Source of the DNA: Octopus sinensis
Taxonomy: Eukaryota
Length of the DNA stretch: 64,000 nt
NCBI RefSeq assembly: GCF_006345805.1
Contig: NC_043024.1
Coordinates: forward strand, 3,596,001 to 3,660,000
Direction: 5' to 3'
This document shows, in pieces, positions 25,780 through 38,039 of the stretch. The position numbers were made by a program, and so were the translations under genes. The notes under the pieces are model-generated. The model saw nothing but the letters and a program-made list of their open reading frames with translations, had not been told where the DNA came from and ran no database searches. How positions within the stretch are numbered: the stretch's first letter is position 1; the number at the start of each line of letters is the position of its first letter.

Positions 25780-25874
25780 ATGTTGAATTCTTCTCAGAAT
25801 TGATGAAAAGTAACGAAAACCTACTGAAATGTTTCATATTCACGAAACTCAATTGGGAGAAGGAGCACGTTTAA
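25780..25874 (+). CDS. Exon (DVEFFSELMKSNENLLKCFIFTKLNWEKEHV*); terminal, or internal if spliced at 25868/GTTTAA
   Basis: Acceptor ttatatttttatttatcAG; open in phase 1, as the 13988 donor requires; TAA at 25872-25874. Confidence 0.6.
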
Positions 25875-26833
25875 CAACACAACTGTCCTGGTCTTTTTGT
25901 TTTTAGCAACACAACTGCCCTGACCTGCCTTTCATGTCTTCATGATTTTCTTTCCATTTTATTTTTTTTTTCATATTTGTTTTATGTTTTTTCATTCCAC
26001 TCTCATCTTGAAGTCATGACTGCCAGCAGTGAACAAGCCCCAGAGATTGGAAGAAAAGTTTATGACAAAGAGATAGACAAGATTCTAAGCAACCAAGATA
26101 TAATGGAATCAAGCCAACAAAGGAGTGTGAGTGTGTGTGTATACTGACATCCAAAGGGAACAGTAATCCTTTTTTGGTGTGATTGGAAGCACTCACTCCA
26201 GAAACAGTCTGTAAATGTCATCTCCTCCAAGAGAAGTCTGTGTATCACCCTTCCCCAGAGATAGTCATTATGTGTGAATCTGTGTGTGTGTGTGTGTGCA
26301 TGTTAATATTCTGTAAGGAATGTGTGTTGTGTAACCTTTTCTCAAAGACTCTGTATATATGTGTTTGTAAGAGACACTCTTTCTTCAAGGATTCAAAGAC
26401 AGTTTCCAAGTGGCATCCCCCCACCCTGTGGACAGTTTTGTGAGCTTCCAGTTATGGGAAGTGATGTGGCATGTAAATCATGGGTCATGAGTCATTTCAC
26501 ATTTGTCACAATGGTCTGTAAGGGACAGTTCTACTCTTCCCTCTCATACCTGTACTAACTGCTGTGATTTTCTTCATTCTTCTTCCTTTGTCCCCTAATT
26601 TGTCCTTTAAGACATTACTATATTTTTTGTTCTCCTCTTTGCCCCCCCCACCCCAATTCCATTATATGTTCATTCTATTTTCTACAACATCCAGCTCTAA
26701 CTTCAGTTTCACCACTCAAGGTTTTGAAGTGACTTTTATTCATCAAACTCATTTAGGATATTTTCAAGAATTTATATATAAAAAAAAAAAATGACAGTTA
26801 TGTGCAATATTCATTCTTAAAATGGTGCTCAAA

Positions 26834-26983
26834 CGGCTGTGTGGTTAAGAAGCTTTCTTTGCAGTCTCATTGTATGGTACCTTGGGCAAGTATTTTCCTT
26901 TAAAGCCCTAGGCTGACCAAAGCCTTGTGAGTGAATTTGACAGATGGAAACTCTGAAATTCACATGTACATACATACATACAT

Positions 26984-27045
<62 letters not shown>

Positions 27046-27222
27046 GTGTTTGTCTTCTGATAACTGGGGTTGGTTTGATTATATCCCTGTAACATAGTAC
27101 TTTGGCACCAATAAGATAAATACTAGACTGAAAGAAAATAAGTACTGGGGACAATTTGTTTCAATAAACCTTTCAAGGCAGTGCCCCAGCATGGTCACAG
27201 TCCAATGACTGAAACAAGTAAA
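26834..27222 (+). mobile_element. SINE family A
   Basis: Internal (TACA)n(CA)n tract. Confidence 0.82.
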
Positions 27223-28254
27223 AAATAGAAGATGCTCCAGCAGATTTGAACATAAATATGTTAATCAGTTTTGTATTTTACCTTTGGAATAGATAGCTTT
27301 GACTGAAGAGATATAATGATGTTGAAACACCTGTGTCTGAAAATCTCCTAATGTTAATGAATTGTGTTGTCAACACACAATGTCTGAAGGGAGAAGTTGT
27401 TTGCCAAAGGCAAAATACAACAGAGATTAACATATTAGCATTCCTTCTACCAACTCATGCCTCATTGGTTGTCCATCACTCCCTACCCCCACCCTTCAGC
27501 CCTACCTCGTCTTTACTGTTGTTGCTTACCTTCCAATTTTGCCATCTTTTATTCCTCCATATACACTTGTAAGCCCCTGCCCATCCATACGCCTAGCTGC
27601 TGTTCACTTCTAGTCACCTTGTACCTTGAGGGGCCACCTGGACTAACAACTCCTACTGATCATTCTCACCCTCTTTTCTAATTGTGAGTAACCATGTAGA
27701 GCCTACTTGCCCCTCCACCCCTTCCTTTCTTTCATACTTTAACCCTTCATTTCCTTGCATAAAACCCACCCTCACCACACTGGGTTTTGTTGTGTTGCAA
27801 GCTGCATGGTTACCTCGTTAGTGTTGGTGGCATGAAAAATGCATCCATTCTGTGCTGTAAAGTGGTTGGCATTAGGAAGGGCATCCAGCTGTTGAAACCA
27901 TACCAAAGTAGACTCTGGAGCATGATGCAGTGCCTGGACCCTTCAAATCCTGTCAAACTGTTGACATGATGACAATGATGATGATGATGAAATTCGTCAG
28001 AATGTGTTCAGTTAAAAATAAATCTACCCCTCATTGTATTGATATTCTCAGTTTTGTGAGCTGATAATAATGGACCCCCCCCCCCCAAAAAAAAAAAACA
28101 AGGTGCATTTATAGAAAGAATTTCAGTTAAAAAAAGCAAACAATTGGCTGTGAGGTTACTGACGATGGATTGTTGCTGCCGACTGCATGGTTACGAGTTC
28201 AAACCTTGAGAACACTGTAGTAGCAGAGTTGTTGGAGCAAGGAACTAAATACTT

Positions 28255-28500
28255 TGTGGCATTTATTCTGACTTTTGCATTTTGAGTTCTAATCTCACCA
28301 AAATCAACTTTGCCTTCCAGCTTTCTGGGGTCGGTGAAGGAAATGCCACTCTAGGATGGTGGATTGACAGAATCATTAGAGCAACAAACAGGATGTCGTG
28401 TGATATATTCCTTCCTGCTCTTTGCATTCTGATTTCAAATCCAGCTGAGGTCAATTTTGACTTTCGTCCTTTCAGTGTCAACAAATAAAGTGCCAGTGTA
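28255..28500 (+). mobile_element. SINE family B remnants
   Basis: Two degraded bodies. Confidence 0.6.
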
Positions 28501-28519
28501 GCAGAATCAGTAGAGCATT

Positions 28520-28750
28520 GGATGGTGACACTTTATTTCACGTTGCTCCAGTTCACTCAACTGTAGAAATGAGTTGCGACGTCACAGGTGCCAAGCTGTA
28601 TCGGCCTTTGTCTTTCCCTTGGATAACACTGGTGGCGTGGAGAGGGGAGGCCGGTATGCATGGGCGACTGCTGGTCTTCCATAAACAACCTTGCCCGGAC
28701 TTGTGTCTAGGAGGGTAACTTTCTAGGTGCAATCCCATGGTCATTCATGA
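28520..28750 (+). mobile_element. SINE family D (core related to family C)
   Basis: gacactttatttcacgttgctccagttcactcaactgtagaaatgagt core followed by a different 3' body. Confidence 0.6.
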
Positions 28751-28940
28751 CCGAAGGGGGTCTTTATACCTCCAAGAAAGTTAGGGGTTGTGAATCCAGC
28801 CCACTAAGGGATAATATCTATCCAATATACTGCTAGTAGAATACCCAATTATTAATATACAAGTGTTTTTTATTGCATTGCAATTAACTTACCTAGTGTA
28901 TTAAATGGGTGAAGGTAAAGAGATATTTTACCATTAATTT

Positions 28941-29328
28941 ATATAGCAAATAAGAAAATGGAGGAGAACAATAGGTGGTTCATCAACTTTTGGACATTAA
29001 AATGTTAACTTATTTATTAATTAAACTGATAATTATAACATAGATACATATAGCATATTATTCTTTGCATATAAGATATTGTAATATATAAGGATACCAG
29101 TAATTATTATAAAAACATTAATATAAATTATTTTACCAATTTATATTCATGTTTTTATAGTAATGTATCCCTATATATTACTATATCTTATATCTTATAT
29201 ACAAAGAATAATATGCTATATGTATCTATGTTATAATTATCAGTTTAATTAATAAATAAGCTAACATTTTAATGTCCAAAAGTTGATGAACCACCTATTG
29301 TTCTCCTCCATTTTCTTATTTGCTATAT
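28941..29328. mobile_element. Foldback MITE (related end at about 17318-17560)
   Basis: About 140-bp inverted arms atatagcaaataagaaaatggaggagaacaataggtggttcatcaactttt...; TA flanks. Confidence 0.8.
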
Positions 29329-30399
29329 ATACATATATATATATATATATATAATATATATATATATATATCATCCTGCACTTTACATTTCTGTATTCTG
29401 AGTTCAAATCCCACCATGGCTTATTTTGGCTGGGAAATTTAATATGTAGCCCATTTTAATACCACTTGGCCACTAAGTGTCTTTACTAGGGTCTATTCTA
29501 ATGTTACTGAGTTTAATACCATCATCTGGTCCTTTGGTAGCTTTAGTCGCAAGCATTTGGATTAAGTCTCCAATTTGAGGATACCTTCTCTTTGCCCCCT
29601 CTCAGAGGCCCTGTAAAGGGTTACAGGGTCTGTCTCTTCTCAAGACTAAGTGACACAACCCCTCCAACCCCCATCACCTCTGGATTCCTTAGCTTATTTA
29701 GGCTGTTGTTCCAGTTTCATAACTGATTTTGTCTCGAGGCAAGAGTTTGTGATGCTAACTTGGCCCACTATAAAACTTGTGCCCTCAATACTTAATGGCA
29801 TTGTAAAAGTGCTTTTGTGACATAGGAATGTCTTGGGCATTTCCACCTGGTTGAGTTCATCCTTCTTCAGGTTTAAACATGACTAATTTCTTCTAGAGAA
29901 AGGAAATGAGAAAGAAGTGACCTTCAGTATTTAATTTATGGGGCATGAAAGGATGAAAAGTACAGATGACATCAGCAGGATTTGAACTCTGAGCACAGAG
30001 AACTGGAACGAATGTCACAAAGCATTTCATCTAATGCTCAAAGGACTCTGTCAGTCTAATGACTAATGATGTGGACACATGTTTAAACTTTAATCCTGCA
30101 GGTGGTGAGGGTGGGTGTCAGTTCTGCTGACCACTGTATCAACTGTGACTGATATTTCTGCTGTTTAAGAAATTATTGAATGAAAATTGAAACAATAAAA
30201 TGAATTTGTTAAATTAAAACACAAAAAGCAAATACATGTGAAATAAATGTAAAATAAAAGCACACATAAAATATCTGTTGTTGTTTAACCCCAGGTCACT
30301 TTTGATCAAGTAGACCCAGAATCAAAGATGTCCTAATTTGAATCATTCCACCCGTTTTTTTTTGTTTTTTTTTTCCTGGTAGCAAAAGGTCATGAGGTT

Positions 30400-30912
30400 A
30401 ATAAGCTTGTTTTCCAACCATGTGGTCTTGAAGTTTATTCCACTGCATGACACCATGGGTAAGTATCTTCTACTATAGCCCTAGGCCAACTAAAGCCTTG
30501 TGGGTGGATTTGGAAGATGGAAACTGAAAGAAGTCTGTCATATAGATGTGTGTGTGTCGTGTACTGTGGTTTTGATATCAGGTGAAGGTTATATGCAAGC
30601 ATATCATCATACAAGCAAAGTTGTTTGTTAAGTTTTCCCTGAAATACATGTCTAACCATGGAGAAATATTGCCTTGATTGGAAACAAGTGAGGATTGGCA
30701 ACAAGAAGGGCATCCAGCTGTTGAAAATATGCCTTAACAAATTCCATCTGCAAATCATCAGTTTATATATACATAGAGATATGGCTGTGTGGAAAGAAGC
30801 TTGCTTTCCAATCACATGGTTCTGAGTTCAGCCCCACTGCGTGGCACCTTGGGCAAGTGTCTCTGCTATAGCCTCGGGCTGACCAAAGCCTTGTGAGTTG
30901 ATTTGGTAGATA
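30400..30912 (+). mobile_element. Two SINE family A heads flanking an RTE-3'-UTR-related fragment
   Basis: Heads at about 30400-30560 and 30778-30912; gaagggcatccagctg segment between them. Confidence 0.65.
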
Positions 30913-31779
30913 GGTCATTCAGCTGTAAAAACACCGTCAAAATGGACACAGTAGCTTGGGGTAGTCTTCTACCCATGCATTCATGGAAGGCGGACATTAA
31001 ATGATGATGGTGATTATATATATAATATTAGGGAGTATAACTCCAAACTTACAGGGAAAAATTCAATTTAGTATTAAATCAAATTTCACAATATAAATAT
31101 ATAAAATATAAATTAGAGATAAAACCACTATTATGCAACTCAAACAGTGATAGACATAAACCAATAAATAAATAACAAGTAATATATATAATAATAATTG
31201 TTTTTTCAAAAAGTATAAAATGAATGATAAATATAATATAATAAGTAAAAACACTGTACGTTTCATGGCTACAATTAAATTTGAATTACAATTAAGTTTA
31301 AATTCAATTGAAATAAATTCGAATTAAAATTATAGTCAATCTTCAGGTTAATGATAATAGTTAAATAAATAAGCAAATAGAGTTAAATAATATTTATTTA
31401 AGAAATAAATAAAATAATAATTTTTCTTATAGAAAAAAAATCCATTATCTAAATTAGAAACTTAAAACAGGATTATTTCCTACAACACATTTAGTATGTT
31501 AAATATTTATTTTTAAGGTAAAAAAATAGATAGAAATATGTATTTATCTATGAAGATATAATTTGGCTTTAAAAAAAACCTAATAAACTCTTGGATATCT
31601 TTAACTCAGTTATAGTCCAATATTTAATTACCAAATTATTTAACAAGATAATCACTATTCATATTTTTAGATTTAAATTCACATCTAATAATTATAAAAT
31701 ATTTAAAAATAAGTATCTAAATTTAGATACTTATTTTTAAATATTTTATAATTATTAGAGTGGACACAGGTTTTTATTC

Positions 31780-32080
31780 TGAACGATTCCATTAAAGGAC
31801 CTCTTACCTCACCTGATTCTGGATCGTATCGTGTACTGTCACACTCACCCAAAAATTTCAAAGTCGACGTTAATGGTGGAAAAGAAACAGTTATCCATGG
31901 ACAGAATAAAAAAGGCTTTCTCAGAGAATCTCATTCCAGAACCTAACATATCAAGCACATTCACTCCTAAAACAACACCTCCACAAGTACCGCAAAAACA
32001 TCATACCTCTGAACCTTATATCACAAGAATGGCTGAACAGTACATTGGCCACAAAAGTTATCCGGAACTATTTATATTTA
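31780..32080 (+). mobile_element. Ty3/Gypsy integrase C-terminal remnant
   Basis: Frameshifted VFILNDSIKGPLTSPDSGSYRVL..KNFKVDVNG.KETVSMDRIKKA and a TR.GRTVHWP-like terminus. Confidence 0.65.
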
Positions 32081-32383
32081 ACATTGTGTTACAAAACAAA
32101 CTGTTTCTTATTTCTTTATACAAAAGAACATTTGTTCAAAAACATTTTTCCCATTGTATTTTTCATATTGCCATGTTTTGCATTTAGTTTGATGTGCATA
32201 GCTGTGTAGCTAAAGGTTTGCTGCACCAAACTCTGCAATTATATCCAGTACCCATCACGATGCATGTATTGGTTTTCTATTTTACTACTTGTTTTGCAAG
32301 CAAATGTTTCTGCTATTGCGTTTTGCTTCGTATCTGCCCTAGATCATTACAATGATTTTGCTTCTCGTCTGAGGAGGGAGTTA

Positions 32384-33436
32384 TGTAGTAAACCCTGGAG
32401 ATCAAGCAGGAAAGCAAAACAAAAAAGGGATTTAACGAGAGTAATCTCCCTCGACCTTACCGAACATTCTATTAACTTCCGGATGACATGAAAGTCAGGG
32501 ACTTCCAGTTCATCCCTTATATAAAGGAACACATTTCTAGTTTCGTGCCTCTCTTGCCTGTTGGTTACTAGACATGCATTGAGTCACGTCACATGCATAC
32601 ACATCCGCACGCAAGGATGTTCGCCTTATTAGCTTTGAGACATGTGGTTGCAAAATATGTTCATGTGATGTTACAAGCTTTTCCTTGGATCTTTTTAGCA
32701 TAATTTCTAGGTAACTAAAAAATTTTAAACTTCGTATACTGGTAGAATGTGTTTATAAAACATCATTTTCTCTTGGCTTTCTTGAGAAAATTCTGTAGTT
32801 TGTAACATATTTCGTCTTTAATTTCTTGCATTTCGGCAAATTTAACCAATCAATGACTGTCTATTGAGGTGAAAGCATTCTGTGCCGTATGAATATGTCC
32901 CTCGTTTAAGAAACACATTTGTGAAAAAAAAAAGATACCCTTCCCCCACCCTTAACCCTAACTAACCCTAAATCTAAAATAGATTGAAATGCAATAGATC
33001 GATACTAGGTCATAATTATGGGTGTCATATGAAATTGTCACCTATAATTATGACCCTAGTATCGATCTATTGCATTTCAATCTTTTAGTTTTAGGGTTAG
33101 TTAGGGGTGGGGGAAGGGTAGTTTTTTTTTCACAAATGTAAATAAACCCAATGTGTTTCTTAAACGAGGGACATATTCATACGGCACAGAATGCTTTCAC
33201 CTCAATAGACGGTCATTGATTGGTTAAATTTGCCGAAATGCAAGAAATTAAAGACGAAATATGTTACAAACTACAGAATTTTCTCAAGAAAGCCAAGAGA
33301 AAATGATGTTTTATAAACACATTCTACCAGTATACGAAGTTTAAAATTTTTTAGTTACCTAGAAATTATTAAAAACTGCCGTTCAAACCAAAAAGATCCT
33401 TTTCCTTCAATTAACCTTATATGTTAACGCATTACA
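32384..33436 (+). mobile_element. Gypsy 3' LTR (about 330 bp net), interrupted by a foldback element
   Basis: Polypurine tract gaggagggag at 32371-32380, then TGTAGT; ends ATTACA at 33436 once the 713-bp insert and TSD are removed. Confidence 0.55.
32687..33399. mobile_element. 713-bp foldback non-autonomous DNA transposon
   Basis: Near-perfect ~340-bp inverted arms with a short spacer; termini GGATC...GATCC; 8-bp TSD ttttcctt at 32679-32686 and 33400-33407. Confidence 0.9.
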
Positions 33437-33559
33437 TCCAGTAATGAAAAGGTTATGAGTTAGTACGAACATCTTACAAATTCTTTTTTTCGTATTGTTT
33501 ACGTACAAGATGGTGACCCCTCTTTCTCGCATGCAATTATAAAAAGTATAGGATGTCAC

Positions 33560-34018
33560 TTACTGACAATCACTATAACCCTATGTCTGGCAACAGCACT
33601 CTGCCCCCTTCCACACAAACAGGAGAACCCAGTCATGGCTGTCAGACAATTTCTGTGACCACATCACCCCTAACATCTGGCCACCTAACCCCCAACACTA
33701 CAACCCCCTTGATTATTATGTGTGGGGCGCAGTTGAGCGAGAGACCAACAAAACTCCTTGTGACACCAAAGATGAACTGAAGGCAAGGATTATGGCAGCA
33801 TATACCAACTTAAACAAGGAGACTGTCCAGAAGAGTTGCAGGAGATTCCAAAGTCATCTGGAGGCCATGATTGAAGCCAATGGCGATTTTATTAAATAAA
33901 TTTATTCTTTAGTATTTCAAGATATTTTTATGTAATTTTGGTAAATATATCTGTTAAAATGAGATGTCTGTGTTATTTTCAATTTTGCGTAATTTAGACG
34001 ACAATATATTCACCGCTC
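33560..34018 (+). mobile_element. maT/DD37D-type 3' half (same family as 16004-17287)
   Basis: Homologous to 16010-16880 in reverse; WQQHSAP.HT..RTQSWLSDNFCDHITPNIWPPN. Confidence 0.8.
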
Positions 34019-34488
34019 TGTGTGTGTGTGTATATATATAAACTATCTGTATACATACAGACAGGTATGTGTATGTGTATACATATGTGAGTGCGTGTGT
34101 GTGTGTGTATGACAACAACACTAACACTAAATATTTCAAACTTATAGTAAACAGGTTAGCCACAGGTATTACTTTGGGGGAAAATAATAAATTGCATTGC
34201 TTCTGGCCATCAACCAAAACTTTAATTAATATGTCTAATTTTATTTAATTTTCATTTCTTGCAAACTATCAAAATCTCAGAACCATATTCTCTATCTGCA
34301 TGTATTTTGAACATAAAATCATCAGACATACTTATCGAAATTTTCCTGCAGCGCACAGTTGGCTTGCTCTATCACGTGACTTTTATACTACTATGGAATT
34401 TTTTCTCTTCTTCAATTTCTGAGCAGTGTTGAGTGTCTATGACAAATGGAAAAATTACAAGTATTGGGTCATCCCATAAATAATGCAG

Positions 34489-34640
34489 GTATGTATGTAT
34501 GTATGTATGTATGTATGTATGTATGTATGTATGTATGTATGTATGTATGTATGTATGTATGTATGTATGTATGTATGTATGTAGGTAGGTAGGTAGGTAG
34601 GTAGGTAGGTAGGTACGTACGTACGTACGTACGTACGTAT
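34489..34640. repeat. Compound microsatellite (TATG)n(TAGG)n(TACG)n
   Basis: Read directly from the sequence. Confidence 0.95.
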
Positions 34641-34806
34641 GTCATTCAGTTTTATTTCAAGATTTCTTGCCAATAGAGAAAGAGTCGGTTTCTAACCTAG
34701 ACCCAAGGCTCCCTCATTGGAATTTCAAAAATATCAACAGAGTATGTATGCATGCATGCAAGTATTCTCATGCATATAGTTGCATATCTAGACATGCTCA
34801 TATATA

Positions 34807-36023
34807 TTGGGTTGGCAACTAAGTTCCCGCCGTTTTTTAAATTAAAATTTTTTTTAAAGGTTTAATAAAAAATAACTAATTAATCAATAATGTATTCACC
34901 CTTGTTTACAACTTCTTCCCAACGTTCAACAAGATTTTCAGTACCTCGTTGGTAGAAATCACCCGATTTGGACTCGTAAAATTGATCCAACCAAGCTCTC
35001 AATTCTGCATCAGTATTGAATGAAACTCCGCACATTTGAAAAAGGAGGAAATCCGTTGGTGCCAAATCAGGAGAGTACGGCGGGTGTGGCAGCACTTCCC
35101 AGCCATGTGTTTGAATGGCTTCCTTGGTCATATTGGTGATATGAGGGCGGGCGTTGTCGTGCAGTAGGTCGTGCATGCTGCCAATGAGGTCTTTTCTCTT
35201 GAATAGCTGTGTTGAGTCGTTCCATCATTCGAACATAGAGTTCCGCATTGACCGTTTGGTTCCGTTCAAGCAATTCGTAATGGATAATCCCTTCCCAGTG
35301 CCACAATACGCACAACATCGTTTTACGCGGAAGAAGATCTTGCTTCACGCGTCGCTTGTTTTCATATTGATGTACAGACACCATTTTTCGTCGCCATTAA
35401 CGATTCAGTAAAGAAATCATTGCTTGTGTTCATGAGTCGAGCGGTGACGAGCAAGCAGACCTGCGTGGATTGTGGCTCGTTGATTTTTGTTGTTGTCACT
35501 TAAAGCATGTGGAACTCATGCTCCATACTTCTGAACCTTTCTCATTGAGTGAAGATGCTTCTCTATAGTGGTGTGGGAGCATTCCATTTTCTCTGCCAGT
35601 TTCCGTTGTTTGACAAGAATTTTCATGCAAAGTTGGTTTAATTGCTCTTCATCGAACTCAACTGGATGGCCAGAACGAGGTGCGTCTTTGAAGTCAAAAT
35701 TTCCATTTTTGAACTTGGCATACCAATCACGAGTGGTTCTTTCAGCTATGACACCCTCTCCATACACAGTATAAATGTCGCGAGCAGCTTTTGCGGCCTT
35801 AGAACCTTGATTAAAATAAAAAAGGAGGCGTCGAAAATGCTCGTTTTTCTTAACTTGACATTCTATTTTAATATGAAAATAACTAAAATTAACTAGAAAA
35901 AAAAAAGATTCCAAAATGATTCAAAAATAGAATTCTCGAAAAAATAGATTCCAAAATTTAAAAACACAATAAATTCTAAAATAAAAAAAAAAAAAAACGG
36001 CGGGAACTTAGTTGCCAACCCAA
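34807..36023 (-). mobile_element. Near full-length mariner (family C), frameshifted
   Basis: TIRs ttgggttggcaactaagttcccgccgtttt with TA on both sides; WYAKFKNGNFDFKDAPRSG, MLCVLWHWEGIIHYELL, LLHDNARPH, HPPYSPDLAPTDF. Confidence 0.93.
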
Positions 36024-36360
36024 TACTTAAATAAAAAACTTCTGGGAAGTTTTACAGATTTTTACAGTTCCAGTAATGGATTGGGTCTGTAGCCTTCGAA
36101 TCAGCTTCTTTCTGATTTTGAGAAGCCTAATTGCTCAAGATTGATAACCTAGGCAGTGTGTTGCACACCCCAGTGCTCCAGTAATTACAGGTATAAACCT
36201 GAGCTTGTAATTTGGATAGAGTAACTAAATTTCTCAATAGTTCAGTGTACTTATTTTCTTTTTCACTGATCATTAGCTTTATGTTAACACCTGCCAGGCA
36301 GCTGATTTCCACAATTGTACACAGTTTCTCTTAAATCATTAGGTCTATTGTATTTACATT

Positions 36361-36821
36361 GGTGCATGCAGTCTACCGCAGTATCCTGAGTTAATTTTAA
36401 CCATTACAATACTGTTAAAGGATTTCTATAGACGTATTATTTTTACAGAGGAAACAGCAATTGCACATAGAAGTATAGACAATCAAGCCTTATTTCAGAC
36501 CAAAGGCCCAAGGACAGCGAAATATAGGCTGGTATTCTCCACTTGTCACGTTTTCGTTTTTCTGGCATGATGCAAAAGTCTGTTTCATGTGATGTATCCA
36601 GAAGATTGTCTTATAAAAATGCAACTGCTGTTTCCTCTGTAAAAATTATACGTCTATAGAAATTCTTTAACAGCATTTTAATGGTTAAAATTAACTCTGG
36701 TTAAGAGGGTAAGAAAAGGTAGACCGCACGCTAAAAGTAATTTCACAGTGTAGACGAGATACTGCGGTCCACCGCACGCTAAAGTCGAATACTGCAGTAG
36801 ACCGCATGCTAAAGTAGCACC
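36361..36821. mobile_element. MITE with GGTGC...GCACC termini and 8-bp TSD (Merlin-like)
   Basis: TSD tttacatt at 36353-36360 and 36822-36829; internal inverted arms; subterminal repeats gtagaccgcacgctaaa. Confidence 0.8.
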
Positions 36822-37960
36822 TTTACATTTTATTGAGGTTTTCACTGGAATATACCACCAGAACTCCTTGTTGTTATGAGTGGCTATGGCTCCACCATTC
36901 TGTGAGTTCTTATTTCTTTGTCCTTGGAGTTATATTTCCGACAGATCTCGTTATACAGTGGCCAAGCAACAACATCATGTCCCATCGCTAGATGATACCG
37001 TGATAACATTTTCAGACAACTGCTTATGATGTGGGTGATATCTTCGGTGTTAACTCCACAAAGTATGCATCAATTGTCCCATTTTGCTGTTTTTCCTGTA
37101 TCTCTGTCTCTTTTGTGCATCAGATATTTGGTTGATATTTTCTGTTCCTGGATTGCAAACGCATATCCTTCAAAGTGGGAGGTAGGAATCTGGTTGTTGG
37201 TCCATGATAGACTGCTTTGATGAACATTGTTACTATCATCTCAGAGTTTTCTACTAACATGTCCATGCATGGTCTTCTGCTGATATACGCTCATCTTTTC
37301 ATCTGCGACTTCTCTGGGTATGTATTTAAGGTAATCAGGCAAGGAATGCTGCCCAAGGAGCTGCTTTGCAAATCTTATGAAGTTATCAGCCTCATGTATG
37401 CAAACTTGGTCGAAAGATGGACTTCGACACTTGGTGGTTAACAGATGTTGCCGAAGGGGAGATATGATACAGCATTCAAAAGCAGTCAAGACGATATTAA
37501 GCCTCTACCGCCTTGTTTTCTTTTCAGTTAGAGGCGGTCACTGTTGATGTGGAAATTATGTGTACTGGTTAGTATCTTTCAGGTTTTCACATCGATGGCT
37601 CGGATCTCATCAATTGTCCAGTAAAGCAGCCCAAATGTTGGTATGAGTACTGGCACCGAAAATACTTTGCAGACCACTGTTCTATTTAATGCAGAGACTT
37701 CCAAGGTCCAAATTTTATTCAGTCGTAATATTCTTTAGTAAACCGTGTTTTGTTACAGGTGCCATTGTAAAGTATGTTTTTATTTATTCTTATATAGCTG
37801 TAACATTCCTCGTCAGTTATAGGGGAAACGGTCAAATCATTGATGGAAATGTTGCTAATCTGGTTTATAGTTTTCCTTCTTTTCATAAACATATAGCAAC
37901 ATTTGTCCAGACCAAACTCCAGCCCTTATAGCCTTTGAGAATGTAACCAGGTCAAGGCTC

Positions 37961-38009
<49 letters not shown>

Positions 38010-38039
38010 CGTGCGCGTGCGTGCGTGTGTGCATGTATG

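Larger units (their letters stand above)
34642..37945 (-). mobile_element. R4/Dong-type (RLE) non-LTR retrotransposon, 5'-truncated, carrying two nested insertions
   Basis: EFGLDKC, LKRKQGGRGL, FAIQEQ.I.TKY, C.LCG..EDITHIISSC..HD.VA, WW..PVKT..KCKYNRP..CTIVEISC..NIKL.ISEKENKY, LQTQSITGTVKICKT; 3' UTR ends aataaaactgaatga before a tetranucleotide repeat. Confidence 0.8.

Noticed and set aside
26014-26130. Possible phase-1 exon (VMTASSEQAPEIGRKVYDKEIDK...)
   Set aside because: The GTGAGT donor is the start of a degenerate (GT)n tract and the acceptor is AAG; not supportable without RNA data.
31030-31680. Possible mitochondrial insertion (NUMT)
   Set aside because: AT-rich, but I could not match any mitochondrial protein, tRNA or rRNA motif; a BLAST against the mitogenome is needed.
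32945-33115. Interstitial telomeric repeats
   Set aside because: Only two or three imperfect taaccc units, and they are part of the foldback element's arms.
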